From positions 1,736,001 to 1,800,000 of the forward strand of contig CP060754.1 in assembly GCA_023205875.1 (NCBI GenBank): DNA of 64,000 nucleotides, written 5' to 3'. Positions 33,806 to 44,430 of the stretch are shown piece after piece (position 1 is the stretch's first letter; every line of letters starts with the position of its first letter). Both the position numbers and the translations under genes were made by a program. The DNA is from Chloropicon primus. Lineage: Eukaryota. Below the pieces are notes generated by a model. The model made no database searches. It had not been told where the DNA came from and saw nothing but the letters and a program-made list of their open reading frames with translations.

Positions 33806-35781
33806 ATGATGGCGGGGACGCGGAAGCGCTCGAGGGTGGCGGGAGTCTTCCTCGGACTCTTGGTGTTGTGCTGTGCGGTGAGCGGTGCGCACGGAATCGT
33901 CAAGGATGCGAAGGCGGCTGTCGCGAGCCTGACGGATCACTTCTTTGGCTTCGGAAAGGAGGGAAACGGTGCGCCTACGCCCGAGGAGAAGGAGGAGATA
34001 AAGAAGATGGATGCACTGTGGGTCAAGACGGAGACGTTCCACATCAAACGCGAGGCGGACTTGCAGAAGGTGATGGATTACGCGAACGATCGCGACGTGA
34101 TCGTCTTCGAGGCGTTCGCAGACTGGTGCGGGGCTTGCAAGAAGTACCGGCCCACGTACGAGAAGATAGCAAACTACTTTAACACAGCGTACGAGCTGAC
34201 GAAGGAGACGAGGGACAAGAGCTTGCCTCGGGTGTTCATCACGAGGGCCAACTGCGGCGGCGAGGATAGCGTGAAGAAGCTCTGCGACAAGTTTGCGTTC
34301 GAGGGCTACCCTCACATTGCGTACGGGGGCAAGGATAAGTTCAGGAACCACCTGAGCATCAAGAAGACGGAAGAACTCGAGGAGCTGGACGACAGCGAGA
34401 AGACTTTGGTGGTGCCGGACAGCGTGAAGTTCTCTGAAGGCGCGCCCGGCATGATCACGCTCCTGGAGACCTATGCTCTGTCCCAGGTGGGCATCTTTGA
34501 CAAGACGATCAGGCTCGGCTATAACTCTTACACCGAGGAGGACAGGAAGGCTCAGCTGGAAGAATTTAAGATGAAGCAAACGTATGGCAACAAAATCGAT
34601 GTCCGCGTCCACGACATGGAGATATCGACGGCCTTGTCGCTCAAGTTCCTCAACACCGCGCTGAACATTAGGAGGGAGGGAGCGAGGGACGCGTTCATAC
34701 ATTGGGAGGGTTGGATTGCGCACTTTCACCCTTCAGAGCTGTGCATGCAGGTGAGGAAAGGATTCTCTCTTGGGCGCTGGACACGTCTCTTGGCCCCACA
34801 CCATTTTTTCAACTTCGCGATCCAAGGCTTCGGACTGACACACACGCCGTTTCCCTTCCTTCGTTGCAGGGAGCCATCAATATTTTGAGTGACATCGACA
34901 CGATCTGGCCGACCGGAGGGGACCCAGACAAGATTGAGGAGAACTTGATGGCGGTGAAGCAGTGCGGCGACGAGGTGGAGGAGGATGAGAGTGCATTCTG
35001 GGGGTGCACGGAGTACACCTGTGGCCTTTGGATGACCTTCCACGCCATGTCTGTGACCGAAGATGCTTACATCAACCCGGAAACGGGAGCGGATTTGTTT
35101 TCGGGGGCGGACATGATGACGACTCTCAAGGGCTTCATCACCAACTTCTTCATGTGCGACGTGTGCAGGAAGCACTTTGTGCAAGTGATGGGAAAGGAGA
35201 CTGTCGGTCCCACGAACCAGAAAACGTTTCAGGTCAGCACCCAGAAGGATTTCGCCCTCTGGTTGTGGGAGGCTCACAACGTGGTCAACGTGAGGCTTGG
35301 AAAGGAGGAGGAGCAGAACCAGGACGGTAACCCGGACAGGCCCAAAGTGATTTTCCCCCCTCGAAAGGATTGCGACGTGTGCCTGCAGGACGGAAAGTCT
35401 GACGATTACTCGTTGGAGCACGTGCACGAGTACCTCAAGATTCTTTACACGAACCCCAAGAGGCAGCACCCGGAGCGCCAAGGCTTCGAGAAGAAGTTGT
35501 CCGCGTACGAGATCAAGGAGGAGGAGAAGAGGAAGCAGCAGGAGGAGATGCAGAAGCGCGCCAAGGAAGAGCAAAAGGCGAGGAAGGAGAGGATCGCCGC
35601 GAGGAAGGAGAGGAAGGCTCAGTACGAGGCCCAGTACCAGGCCCATGAGGACTCGGGAATTCTCAGGGTCCTCCTGGCGGTCTTGGCCATCGTTGCGGGC
35701 TGCATTGGCCTGCTTATTTATTTCCAGAGGTCCCTTTACAAGGAGAAGCGCTACAAGCAGTACAAGGGCTATTACGAGTAA
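33806..35781 (+). CDS. QSOX: Full-length quiescin sulfhydryl oxidase (Trx-HRR-Erv-TM); exons 33806-34750, 34870-35781
   Basis: Signal peptide, WCGAC, HRR, YTCGLWMTFH, FFMCDVCRKHF, WEAHNVVN, FP...CDVC, C-terminal TM helix. Intron 34751-34869 (GTGAGG...ACTGAC...TGCAG). Confidence 0.9.
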
Positions 35782-36023
35782 AACACAAAAGCCTATAATA
35801 ATATATAATGAATGATTAACAATAAGAAGATTGAACAAAAGGAGAAGGATTCAGCAGCCACCCCCACAAAACCGAGTCCTCCGCGTCTTGATCGTTCCTC
35901 GCTCGCTCCTCTCGTCAATCGTCGTAAGACGTTTCGCGCGCTTTTCAGAGAAAGAGGGAGAAGGGAGAGAGAGGGAGCGATCAAGAGGATCAAGAGCGGA
36001 GGACTCGGTCTTGTTCCGTCGCC

Positions 36024-39000
36024 ATGTTCGTGAAGCAGGTGGTGATCGAGGGTTTCCTGACCTACAAGGACCAGACGGCTTTGGAGTACTTCGATCCCAA
36101 GGTGAACACGGTGGTCGGTCCGAACGGGAGCGGGAAAAGCAACTTCTTCAAAGCCATCAGGTTCGTTCTGGGGGACTTGCTCTCCACGTCGAGGTCAGAG
36201 GAGAGGAGGGGGCTTCTGCACGAGGGGGTCGGGCACGGTTCGAGCTCCGCGTATGTAGAGCTCGTTCTGGACAACTCGGACGGGAGGATCCCGGTGGAGA
36301 GCTCGGAGGTGAGGCTGAGGAGGACCATCACGCTCAAGAAGGACGAGTACAGCTTGGAGAGGAAGCATGTGACGAAGACGGAGGTGGTGAACCTGCTGGA
36401 GAGCGCGGGGTTCTCCCGCGCCAACCCCTACTACATCGTGCAGCAGGGGAAGATCCGAGACCTCGCGGTGATGACGGACAAGGCCAGGCTGGAGCTCCTG
36501 AAGGAGGTCGGAGGGACGAAGATCTACGAGGAGAGGAGGAAGGAGTCCCTCGACCTCATGAAGGACGCGGGCGCGAAGAAGAAGGAGATCGAAGACATGC
36601 TCAACTTCTTCGAGGACAAGGTCTCCGAACTCGAGGGGGACAAGGAGGAGCTGGTGAACTACCTGAACCTCGACAAGCAGAGGAGGGTGGTGGAGTACTC
36701 CATCTTCGACAGGGACCTGCAGACCACGAACGCTTCGCTTCAGAAGATAGAGAAGCAGAGGGAGGTGATCGTGTCCAAGAGCAACACGGCGTATGAGGAG
36801 GCGAGTCGCGCAAAGGTGAACCGCAAGAAGGCCGAGAAGGAGAAGGCGAGGGTCAGCGCAAAGGTGGACGAGCTCAAGGGGGAGCAGGAGCAGCTCGCGA
36901 CCCAAAAGCTGGAGGAGACCCAGAAGAAGACCGCGATCTCGCTGGAGCTGGAGGAGCTCAAGTCCACGGGGAAGGACTCGGTTGCCTCCCACAAGGCGCT
37001 CACTGACCAGCTGGCGGACTTGTCGAAAGACATCGTGAGCGCCGAGAAGGAGCTGGAGACCGAGGAGGGTAACCTGAAGAGCCACGTGACGCAGGAAAAG
37101 CAGAAGGAGGCCGACATCATGCAGACGGAGCAGAGGCTGCAGCAGCTTTACCAGAAGCAGGGCAGGAAGAACCAATTCAACTCCAAGAAGGAGAGGGACC
37201 ACTGGATCAACAACGAGATCAAGGAGATAGACTCGGCTCTTCAGAAGAAGGAAGCGAGCTTGGCAACCCTCGAGGCGCAGCACGAGCAAATCTCCAAGAC
37301 AACCGCGGAGCAGGAGGAGACGATCCGGAGGCAGAGGGAGGACATAAAATCCAAGGAGAAAGAGCAAGACGACATTCTTGGCGCACTCAAGGAGTTCCGC
37401 AAGACCAAAGGGGATCTCCAAGAGGAGCGCAAGCTGCTGTGGAAGAACGAGAGCAAACTTGACAAGGAGACTACTGCTGCCAGGACCAGCATGCAGAAGA
37501 AGGAGAGACAAGTGGATTCCAGCGTGGCCAGGGACATTCAGAATGGCCTCAAGTCTCTGCAAAGAATCGTGCAGCAGCACAACATCCAGGGGGTCCACGG
37601 TCCAATCATCGAGCTGTTTGAGTGCAAGGATACCTACAACACGGCCGTGGAGGCTACGGCAGGAAACGTTTTGTTCCACGTGGTCGTGGACTCTGATGAG
37701 GTCGCAACCAGAATCATCAGCCACCTCAACCGCGGCAACGGGGGCAGGCTCAGTTTCATCCCCCTGAACAGAATCCACGCCCCGAGGGTGAACTATCCTA
37801 ATCAGTACGGAAAGGACGTCATTCCTCTCTTGAAGATCGTCAAGCACAAGCCAATTTACCAGAAGGCAATGGCGCATGTGTTTGGGCGCACCCTGCTGTG
37901 CCGCACGATCGACCTCGCAAGCGAAGTCGCCTTGTCGGCCAACCTCAACTGCGTGACACTGGATGGGGACCAAGCCAGTCACAAAGGATCGCTTACGGGT
38001 GGATACTACGAGGAGAGACATAGCAAGCTTGAGAACATGAAGCAGCTGAAGGAGATTCGTTCCAAGTTCGACACCCTGAGCGCGGACTCGGAGAAGCTCA
38101 AGGAGGACATCTCAAGCGTGGACCAGAAGGTTTCCCATGCTCTTGGTGAGATTCAAAAGGAGGAAGCGAAGTACAACAGGTCCAAGAGCGAGATCCAGAC
38201 CTTGTCGCACGACTTGAAGACCTTGGTTCTTCAGGTGGATGCCAACAAAAAGCAGGTCGCTGAGAGAGAGACGGCGATCGAGGATCTGAACTCTGGATTG
38301 AGGCAGCTGAGGGACCAGCACGAAACACTGAGCAGTGAGCTCGGAACGGATCTCGTGACACAACTCAGCAAGAGCGAGCAGAGAGAAATCAAAACGCTGA
38401 ATGCCCAGATGAAGACAGCGCGCGCAGAGTTAACAAAGCTTCAGACGGAAAGGATGGAGATCGAGACTTTGAGAAACCAGCTGGCAACAAACCTGGACTC
38501 TAACTTGCTGAAGCAGAGGGAATCACTCGAGAAGAGACTCTCCAGCTCCGGAGATCCCAAGGCGGCCGAAGAATCCTTCAAGGAGAAAGAGGCGGAGTTG
38601 GAGAAGACGATCCGAACCCTCAAAGACATCGAAGTGCAGGCGGAAGGCATCGAGAAAGAGATGGAATCGAACCAAACCGCCTTGACGGACCTTGAGAAGG
38701 AGATTGACACTTGCAAGGGCATGGAATCTTCTGACGCTGCCCAGGACCAAGCCGGTGAGCTGGAGAAGCTGACCAACAAGAAGCAGACTCTTCAGCACAG
38801 GAGGCAGGAGCTCGAGAACAAGATCAGGGACCTTGGTTCCCTCCCCAGCGATGCCTTCGGGACTCACGGGGATAAGTCGAAGGACAGCCTTCTTCGTCTC
38901 CAGGACAAAGTTCTCAAGCAGCTCAAGAAGTTCAGCCACGTCAACAAGAAGGCTTTGGACCAGTACATGAACTTCTCGGAGCAGAGGGACGAGTACAGCC

Positions 39001-39626
39001 GAAGGTTCAAGGAGCAAAAGCGGGAGGAGGCCAAAATCAGCGAGCTGATCAATGCGCTTGACATGCAGAAAGATGAATTGCTTGAGCGCACTTTCAAGGG
39101 AGTCGCACGAGAGTTTGTGAGGACCTTCACTGAGCTTGTTCCTCAGGGTGCTGGAGAGCTCGTTATGATTCGCTCGTTCGTGCAAGAGGGGCAGTCCAAG
39201 GTGAAGAGGTACTCTGGCGTCAGCTGCAAGGTCTGCTTCGGGGGTGAAGAGACTAAGAAGATGGAGCAGCTGTCAGGAGGCCAGAAAACAGTGGTCGCTC
39301 TGGCTCTGATCTTCGCCATCCAGCGATGCGATAGAGCGCCGTTCTACTTGTTTGATGAGATCGACGCAGCCTTGGACCCCCAGTACAGGATCAACGTGGC
39401 GAACATCATTTCAAGGCAGGCAAATGACGGGCAGAACCCGACGCAATTCATTCAGACGACTTTTGCCCCAGAGCTTGTCAACATAGCGGACCATGTCTAT
39501 GGTGTAACTTTCAAGAACAAGGTGTCCAGCGTGGACTTGATTGATAAAGAAGAGGGTCTTTCTTTCCTCAAGATGGACAACCAACCAGACCAAGAGGTAG
39601 GAAAGAGAAAGAGGAGAGCAAGATGA
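36024..39626 (+). CDS. SMC3: Cohesin subunit SMC3
   Basis: Walker A GPNGSGKSNFF, LESAGFSRANPYYIVQQGKI, hinge domain, LSGGQKTVVALALIFAIQRCDRAPFYLFDEIDAALD. Confidence 0.97.
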   Translation: MFVKQVVIEGFLTYKDQTALEYFDPKVNTVVGPNGSGKSNFFKAIRFVLGDLLSTSRSEERRGLLHEGVGHGSSSAYVELVLDNSDGRIPVESSEVRLRRTITLKKDEYSLERKHVTKTEVVNLLESAGFSRANPYYIVQQGKIRDLAVMTDKARLELLKEVGGTKIYEERRKESLDLMKDAGAKKKEIEDMLNFFEDKVSELEGDKEELVNYLNLDKQRRVVEYSIFDRDLQTTNASLQKIEKQREVIVSKSNTAYEEASRAKVNRKKAEKEKARVSAKVDELKGEQEQLATQKLEETQKKTAISLELEELKSTGKDSVASHKALTDQLADLSKDIVSAEKELETEEGNLKSHVTQEKQKEADIMQTEQRLQQLYQKQGRKNQFNSKKERDHWINNEIKEIDSALQKKEASLATLEAQHEQISKTTAEQEETIRRQREDIKSKEKEQDDILGALKEFRKTKGDLQEERKLLWKNESKLDKETTAARTSMQKKERQVDSSVARDIQNGLKSLQRIVQQHNIQGVHGPIIELFECKDTYNTAVEATAGNVLFHVVVDSDEVATRIISHLNRGNGGRLSFIPLNRIHAPRVNYPNQYGKDVIPLLKIVKHKPIYQKAMAHVFGRTLLCRTIDLASEVALSANLNCVTLDGDQASHKGSLTGGYYEERHSKLENMKQLKEIRSKFDTLSADSEKLKEDISSVDQKVSHALGEIQKEEAKYNRSKSEIQTLSHDLKTLVLQVDANKKQVAERETAIEDLNSGLRQLRDQHETLSSELGTDLVTQLSKSEQREIKTLNAQMKTARAELTKLQTERMEIETLRNQLATNLDSNLLKQRESLEKRLSSSGDPKAAEESFKEKEAELEKTIRTLKDIEVQAEGIEKEMESNQTALTDLEKEIDTCKGMESSDAAQDQAGELEKLTNKKQTLQHRRQELENKIRDLGSLPSDAFGTHGDKSKDSLLRLQDKVLKQLKKFSHVNKKALDQYMNFSEQRDEYSRRFKEQKREEAKISELINALDMQKDELLERTFKGVAREFVRTFTELVPQGAGELVMIRSFVQEGQSKVKRYSGVSCKVCFGGEETKKMEQLSGGQKTVVALALIFAIQRCDRAPFYLFDEIDAALDPQYRINVANIISRQANDGQNPTQFIQTTFAPELVNIADHVYGVTFKNKVSSVDLIDKEEGLSFLKMDNQPDQEVGKRKRRAR

Positions 39627-39799
39627 GAGAACAATCAATCGACAGTTGGTGTGTGTCACCGACTGTTTCCTGTAATCATACATACAAATAGAAGTACAAC
39701 AACAATTTTCAATGAAAACTTTAACCGACGACTTTTGGGTTTCCGTCTTGGTAAACGAACGAGTGCCGACCCGACGCTTCTTCGCTCGCTCAAAAAGGC

Positions 39800-42142
39800 T
39801 TACATGTTCTTCATGATGTTGTTCAAAGCTTTTTGCATGGATCTCCCTGCACTGCTATCGCTGAGGGAGGCCAGGAAAGCTGTGGGTGGCGGCCTTGCAG
39901 AGATAGGAAGGTCTTCGTAACTTCTTTCCAAGATTTTCTCGTGCAACTTTTTCTTCCTCATGAACGCAGGTGAGGACTCCGAAAACTTTGACCTGGGAAT
40001 GTGCTCCAGGTTCACTGAGCTGCCCCCAAGCTGATGCTGCTTCCCGGTCACCCCAGAGGTGTACGAGCGGTTCTTGGGATTTTCGCTAATGGAGTTTGTC
40101 AAATCAGATGCCTCTCCCCTCGGGCTCACCAAACTCGAAAAGTAACTGCCCATGAAACTGCTCGAGAAGGAATCCCTCGAGGTCTCGAAACGGCTACCCT
40201 CCGATTCGTACTCGCTCTCATTGTCGCTGGTGACGTTCGAGTCCCCGGTGTGAAACCTTTGCGGATTGTACTGAGGTACTCCTTGCGGTTGCTGCTGCAT
40301 CGATGGCATGGACCCAAACCTTTCCTTGGACGCTTTCATTTGCATGTATAGCGACCTGAACTGGTTCTCCAGCGGGTGGCTCCACGACGAAATCCCAGTC
40401 ACCTTGTTGAAGTAGTACAGGTTGCCCTTGTCATCCGAGTACTGCGCCCAATTCGATGGAAGGTGGGCATGGTAAGCCTGCTCTGCTATCCAGAACAAGT
40501 CTGTGTCCTCCTCTGGATCCATCCCGAGGTGCACAGCATACCTGACAACCTCCTCCCTCAAGACTTTCTCGTCCACTTTCTCATCCTTTCCTTTTGCTTC
40601 GACGTCGCCCACAGCCTCTTTTCCTTCCGCGGGAGCAAGTTCTTCCTCCCCTTTGGGATCGTCTCGCGCTGCCGCTTTCTCTGCTTGCGCGGGGCCGTCT
40701 TCCCCGTTCTCACGGCGTTGCTGCGCAACCTGCTCTGCGCTCAGAGGAGCCACAGCATTCTTCTTCAGTTTCTTGTTCGGAGAAGATCGCTTGACTGGCA
40801 CCGTGGCCTTCACCGGCACGCTCGATGCGACGGGCAAAATTGCGGATTTTGACCTCCGCTTGATGGAAGATATGGCTGTCAGCATGAGGTATATCAGTGC
40901 AGTTGAAGCGAGCATGGCGATTCCGATGCTCGCCATGCCCTCGTCGTCGTCCAGGAGCCCAATGATGAGGAGAGACGAGCCCCCAATTAAGATCAAGACC
41001 GCCAAAACGGCCAGCAAAAGATTGAACAAGGCAAACATGTTGACTTTGCGAGCGTCCTCCTTCTGCCTCAGCTTGATCTTGAAGAACGCCTGCACCCCCC
41101 TGACAAGGACATTGACCTGATTCATGGAGATCAAAATGTCCTGAAGCGATTCTATCACCGCGATGGCGGCTTTTGGTGTCTCTTCCATCGTCGTGTTTGT
41201 CTGCTTCAGCAACTTCATCTGAGAGAGGCAAGAGTCAATCTCTTCCTGCTGTACGTTGAAGGCACCTTTGCCCGCTATAATGGCGTCCAAGACGCCGCTC
41301 ACTTGGACGGTGCACTCCCTGCATTTCTCGAGGTACTCCTCGAACCCCTCGTCGTCCTGCGGCAACACCTCCCTCGCGATGACCTGGACCTGGTCCTCGA
41401 CGACATCGAGCTCATCGATCAGCCTTTGCGGAATCGCGAGCTTCCGCAGCCTAAAAGTAACCAGAAGCAGCTTGTTCAAAGTCAAGCCAGACACGAGGTG
41501 ATTTGAGGCTCGAGAATTCCACTGACCAAAGTCATGGACCACGAGTCGAAGTTGCAAGGCTTTCTGTATCTCCATGGCCTCCGCCAAGTACCGATTGAAC
41601 TCCTTGATGCGCAGCGTCGAGTTGGATAGGAACTGGGTGAGCCTCCACACGTACTTGGTCTTTGAGACCTCCCCGTGGGTCGCGAGGGCCTCACCAAGAG
41701 CTCTCAGCTCCGAGATGTGTTTTGGTAGCTCGAGCTCAAAGAGTGTGCAGGCTGCCTCGAGTTCGGACACCACGTGGGAGCACGTCTGGAACACCTTGGC
41801 GTTCCCCTCCACCCTCAGCGTGTATATCTGCTGGATGGCTTTCTCGAGCTTGAAGATGTGCGACTGAAGCTCCGTCTTCTCCGGGATGTTCTGCAGCGAG
41901 TCGAAGACGGTGCTGCAGTGTTTGATGACAGCGTGCTCGCTCTGCCTCTTCCTCCACGAGGCCTGCGAGGACCAGTTCCCCGGCTTTGAGGACCCGCTGA
42001 GCGTGGAGAAGTCACTCTTGCCACCCTGCAGTCCAAACCCTTGGCTGCTGCTGTTGTTGTGCGAAGCAGTGGCCCCACTGGTGCTGGCCGTCTGCTCCAG
42101 TCCCTCCAGCGCTCTGGCCGATGAGTCCACCAAGAGCCCCAT
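39800..42142 (-). CDS. Membrane protein with two TM helices and a CEP164-type WW domain
   Basis: Helical N-terminal region; hydrophobic hairpin; YAVHLGMDPEEDTDLFWIAEQA...LPSNW...YYFNKVTGISSWSHP. First ATG at 42142. Confidence 0.7.
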   Translation of the reverse strand: MGLLVDSSARALEGLEQTASTSGATASHNNSSSQGFGLQGGKSDFSTLSGSSKPGNWSSQASWRKRQSEHAVIKHCSTVFDSLQNIPEKTELQSHIFKLEKAIQQIYTLRVEGNAKVFQTCSHVVSELEAACTLFELELPKHISELRALGEALATHGEVSKTKYVWRLTQFLSNSTLRIKEFNRYLAEAMEIQKALQLRLVVHDFGQWNSRASNHLVSGLTLNKLLLVTFRLRKLAIPQRLIDELDVVEDQVQVIAREVLPQDDEGFEEYLEKCRECTVQVSGVLDAIIAGKGAFNVQQEEIDSCLSQMKLLKQTNTTMEETPKAAIAVIESLQDILISMNQVNVLVRGVQAFFKIKLRQKEDARKVNMFALFNLLLAVLAVLILIGGSSLLIIGLLDDDEGMASIGIAMLASTALIYLMLTAISSIKRRSKSAILPVASSVPVKATVPVKRSSPNKKLKKNAVAPLSAEQVAQQRRENGEDGPAQAEKAAARDDPKGEEELAPAEGKEAVGDVEAKGKDEKVDEKVLREEVVRYAVHLGMDPEEDTDLFWIAEQAYHAHLPSNWAQYSDDKGNLYYFNKVTGISSWSHPLENQFRSLYMQMKASKERFGSMPSMQQQPQGVPQYNPQRFHTGDSNVTSDNESEYESEGSRFETSRDSFSSSFMGSYFSSLVSPRGEASDLTNSISENPKNRSYTSGVTGKQHQLGGSSVNLEHIPRSKFSESSPAFMRKKKLHEKILERSYEDLPISARPPPTAFLASLSDSSAGRSMQKALNNIMKNM

Positions 42143-42454
42143 ACTACTACCCTTAGTGCAGGTGGATGTCCCCCTCTGCCTGTCCCCTTCCCTGCTGGGT
42201 CTCTGTGTCCTGGTTTTCGCTCTCCTAAAGAGCAACCCTCCGCCCTATCATGTGTGCATTGGTACTCCCCTGTCTCCTGGCCAAGCTCAGGTGTTCGGAC
42301 AGCATAGGATAGGATAGGATACGGGTTGGGTTGGCTTTGGTTCACCTCCTGCACTCCTGCACTCCTGCACTCCGCGTCCTCTTGAAGCTATGCTATTGCT
42401 GATATTTCCTCGTCGTATTTCTTTATGAATTTTTTTGAACGTTAACGAGCGAGC

Positions 42455-42520
42455 AGGAGACCAGGAGCGAGGAGACCAGGAGACCAGGAGACCAGGAGAC
42501 CAGGACCAGGACCGGGACCG
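42455..42520. repeat. Degenerate AGGAGACC/AGGACC tandem repeat
   Basis: Run of 8-bp then 6-bp units in the divergent intergenic region. Confidence 0.7.
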
Positions 42521-42874
42521 GGAGAGAGGCATACACTGGCAGGGTGGGGGGACAAGGACACCAAGTGCAACACTGGACCAGGACGCGCAGTGGCGTAGTC
42601 TAAGACGCTCTTGTGGGTGGTGGGAAGGAGAGACATACACTACACTGGAGCGACCAAGGACACGAGAGGGGGGCACCTTGGGAAGGGAAGAGCAGGAGGG
42701 GAGGAGTCTGGTCTCTGTGAAGGGGGGTAGAGAGGACTCGGCACAGCACGACGCGGAATTGCACGGCCAGAACCCTCGGAGGGAGGGGCAACGCGCAGAG
42801 AAGAGCACGAGGGAAGAACAGAACAGATAGGAACTCCTGTGGGCTTTAGAGAGAGGTGGAGAGGAGGTAGGACA

Positions 42875-44231
42875 ATGTCGGGGAACGAGGGGCGACGAAT
42901 GTCCCTGAAGGAGATCAGCCGGGCGCACTTCACGACGTCCTTGAGCAATCAGTCCACGCCGGCCTCCAGTCCAAAGGTGAAACGGACAGGGAACGCAGGG
43001 AGCACGGCCTTTGGCCGAAGCCTTGGGACGCAGCAGAGGAGGGCGAGCACGAGCTCGGCGGTTGATAGGAGGCTGAGCATGAGTGCGAGCAGCTCCTCGG
43101 CGAGGAGGCGCGTGTCCGTCGCGGGCGGCATGGTGACGCCCAGGGCGGCTGCTACTCCAACCACGCCCCAAGTCGCTGCCTACAGCTCAAGAATGGTGGA
43201 CAAGCTCCAGATACGGTGCGAGGAGCTCGAGGGCGAGGTCGACACCATCAGGAAGGAGTCCGCGAAGCGAGAGGAGGACCTCAGGACAATCCTTCGGGAG
43301 GCCAAGGTCGATATCAAGGTGAGGCACGAAACCATCCTTTTCTTATCTCTCTTTGCCTTTGCTTCTGGATAATCGTCTGACAAAGCCACGACTTCCTTGT
43401 CGTCGTCGTCGTCGTCTTGGCCAGGCCCTTGGCGTCAAGTTGAAGCAGAAGGACCTGGAGGCCACGGAGCTGAGGAAGGAGCTTGAGCGCGCCCAGAGCA
43501 AGCTCCTGGAGACGGAGATGACCGACGAGATCCACGACGAGAACTTGAAGCAGCTCCGCCTGGAGCTGCAAAAGAGCACCAACAAGGTCGAGGCTTTGGA
43601 GAAGGCTTTGAGCGACAAGGGCACGGCGGACCGGGCCGCGATATTCGAGGAGAAGAAGGAGAAGGAGCGGATACTGATAGAGTCGAGGGAGCAAGAGCTC
43701 GAGCACCTCAAGGCCGTCGACCTGGTCAAGCAGGAGGTCAACGAGAGCATGGTAAGGGAGATGGAGGCAAAGTCTGTTGCCGACGCACGATTGAGGGAGC
43801 TGCGGGAGAAGGACGACGTCATCCAGCGGCTGGAGCTGGAGCTCGCCGAGGAGAGGGAGCACTCGTCCGCCCTCGAGCAGGACCTCGAGCTCGCGGAGTC
43901 CAACCTCCTCGCGATCAACGAGACTCTCAAGGCGGTTTCTCGGCAGCAGACGTGCGGCAAGGACTTGATCAAGCAAAGCAAGGAGCTCTCCGAGGCCAAG
44001 GTGGCGATGGAGCTGGCGAAGAAGAACTACATGGAGTCCGACGCCGCCCTGGCAAAGGAGAGGTTCTTCCACGCCGAGGATTTGTCCGGCATGGTGGTGG
44101 AGCGGGCGTGCCACAGGGAAATGGCCCAGCACAACCAGCAGAGGATCCTCGGGGTCCTTCGAGCCATGAGGACAGGGATCACTGTCGCTCAGGGCAAGCT
44201 CGAGGAGTACGTCCAGGCCAAGGCTGCCTAA
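42875..44231 (+). CDS. Coiled-coil hypothetical protein; exons 42875-43318, 43425-44231
   Basis: Intron 43319-43424 (GTGAGG...TCTGAC...CCAG) joins two ORFs in phase 0. Ser/Arg-rich N-terminus followed by E/K/L heptads. Confidence 0.7.
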
Positions 44232-44430
44232 AACTCGTTTTTCTTGTTCTATATATATTCTGTTCGATCATGATCCTATGGATCGTCTCCTCTCCTGGGA
44301 CGATCTTTGTCCTCCAGTGTTGTCCTCCATTGTCCTCCCAAGAAGTCTGCAAGACGCAACCACGAAAGCGTTTTGGTTTTCGGTTCCGGCGCGAGAGAGA
44401 GGAGAGCGAAAGGGAAAGTCGCGGTCCGCA

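Noticed and set aside
42287..43171. 294-aa minus-strand ORF across the divergent promoter
   Set aside because: Built from simple repeats and the antisense of the coiled-coil gene.
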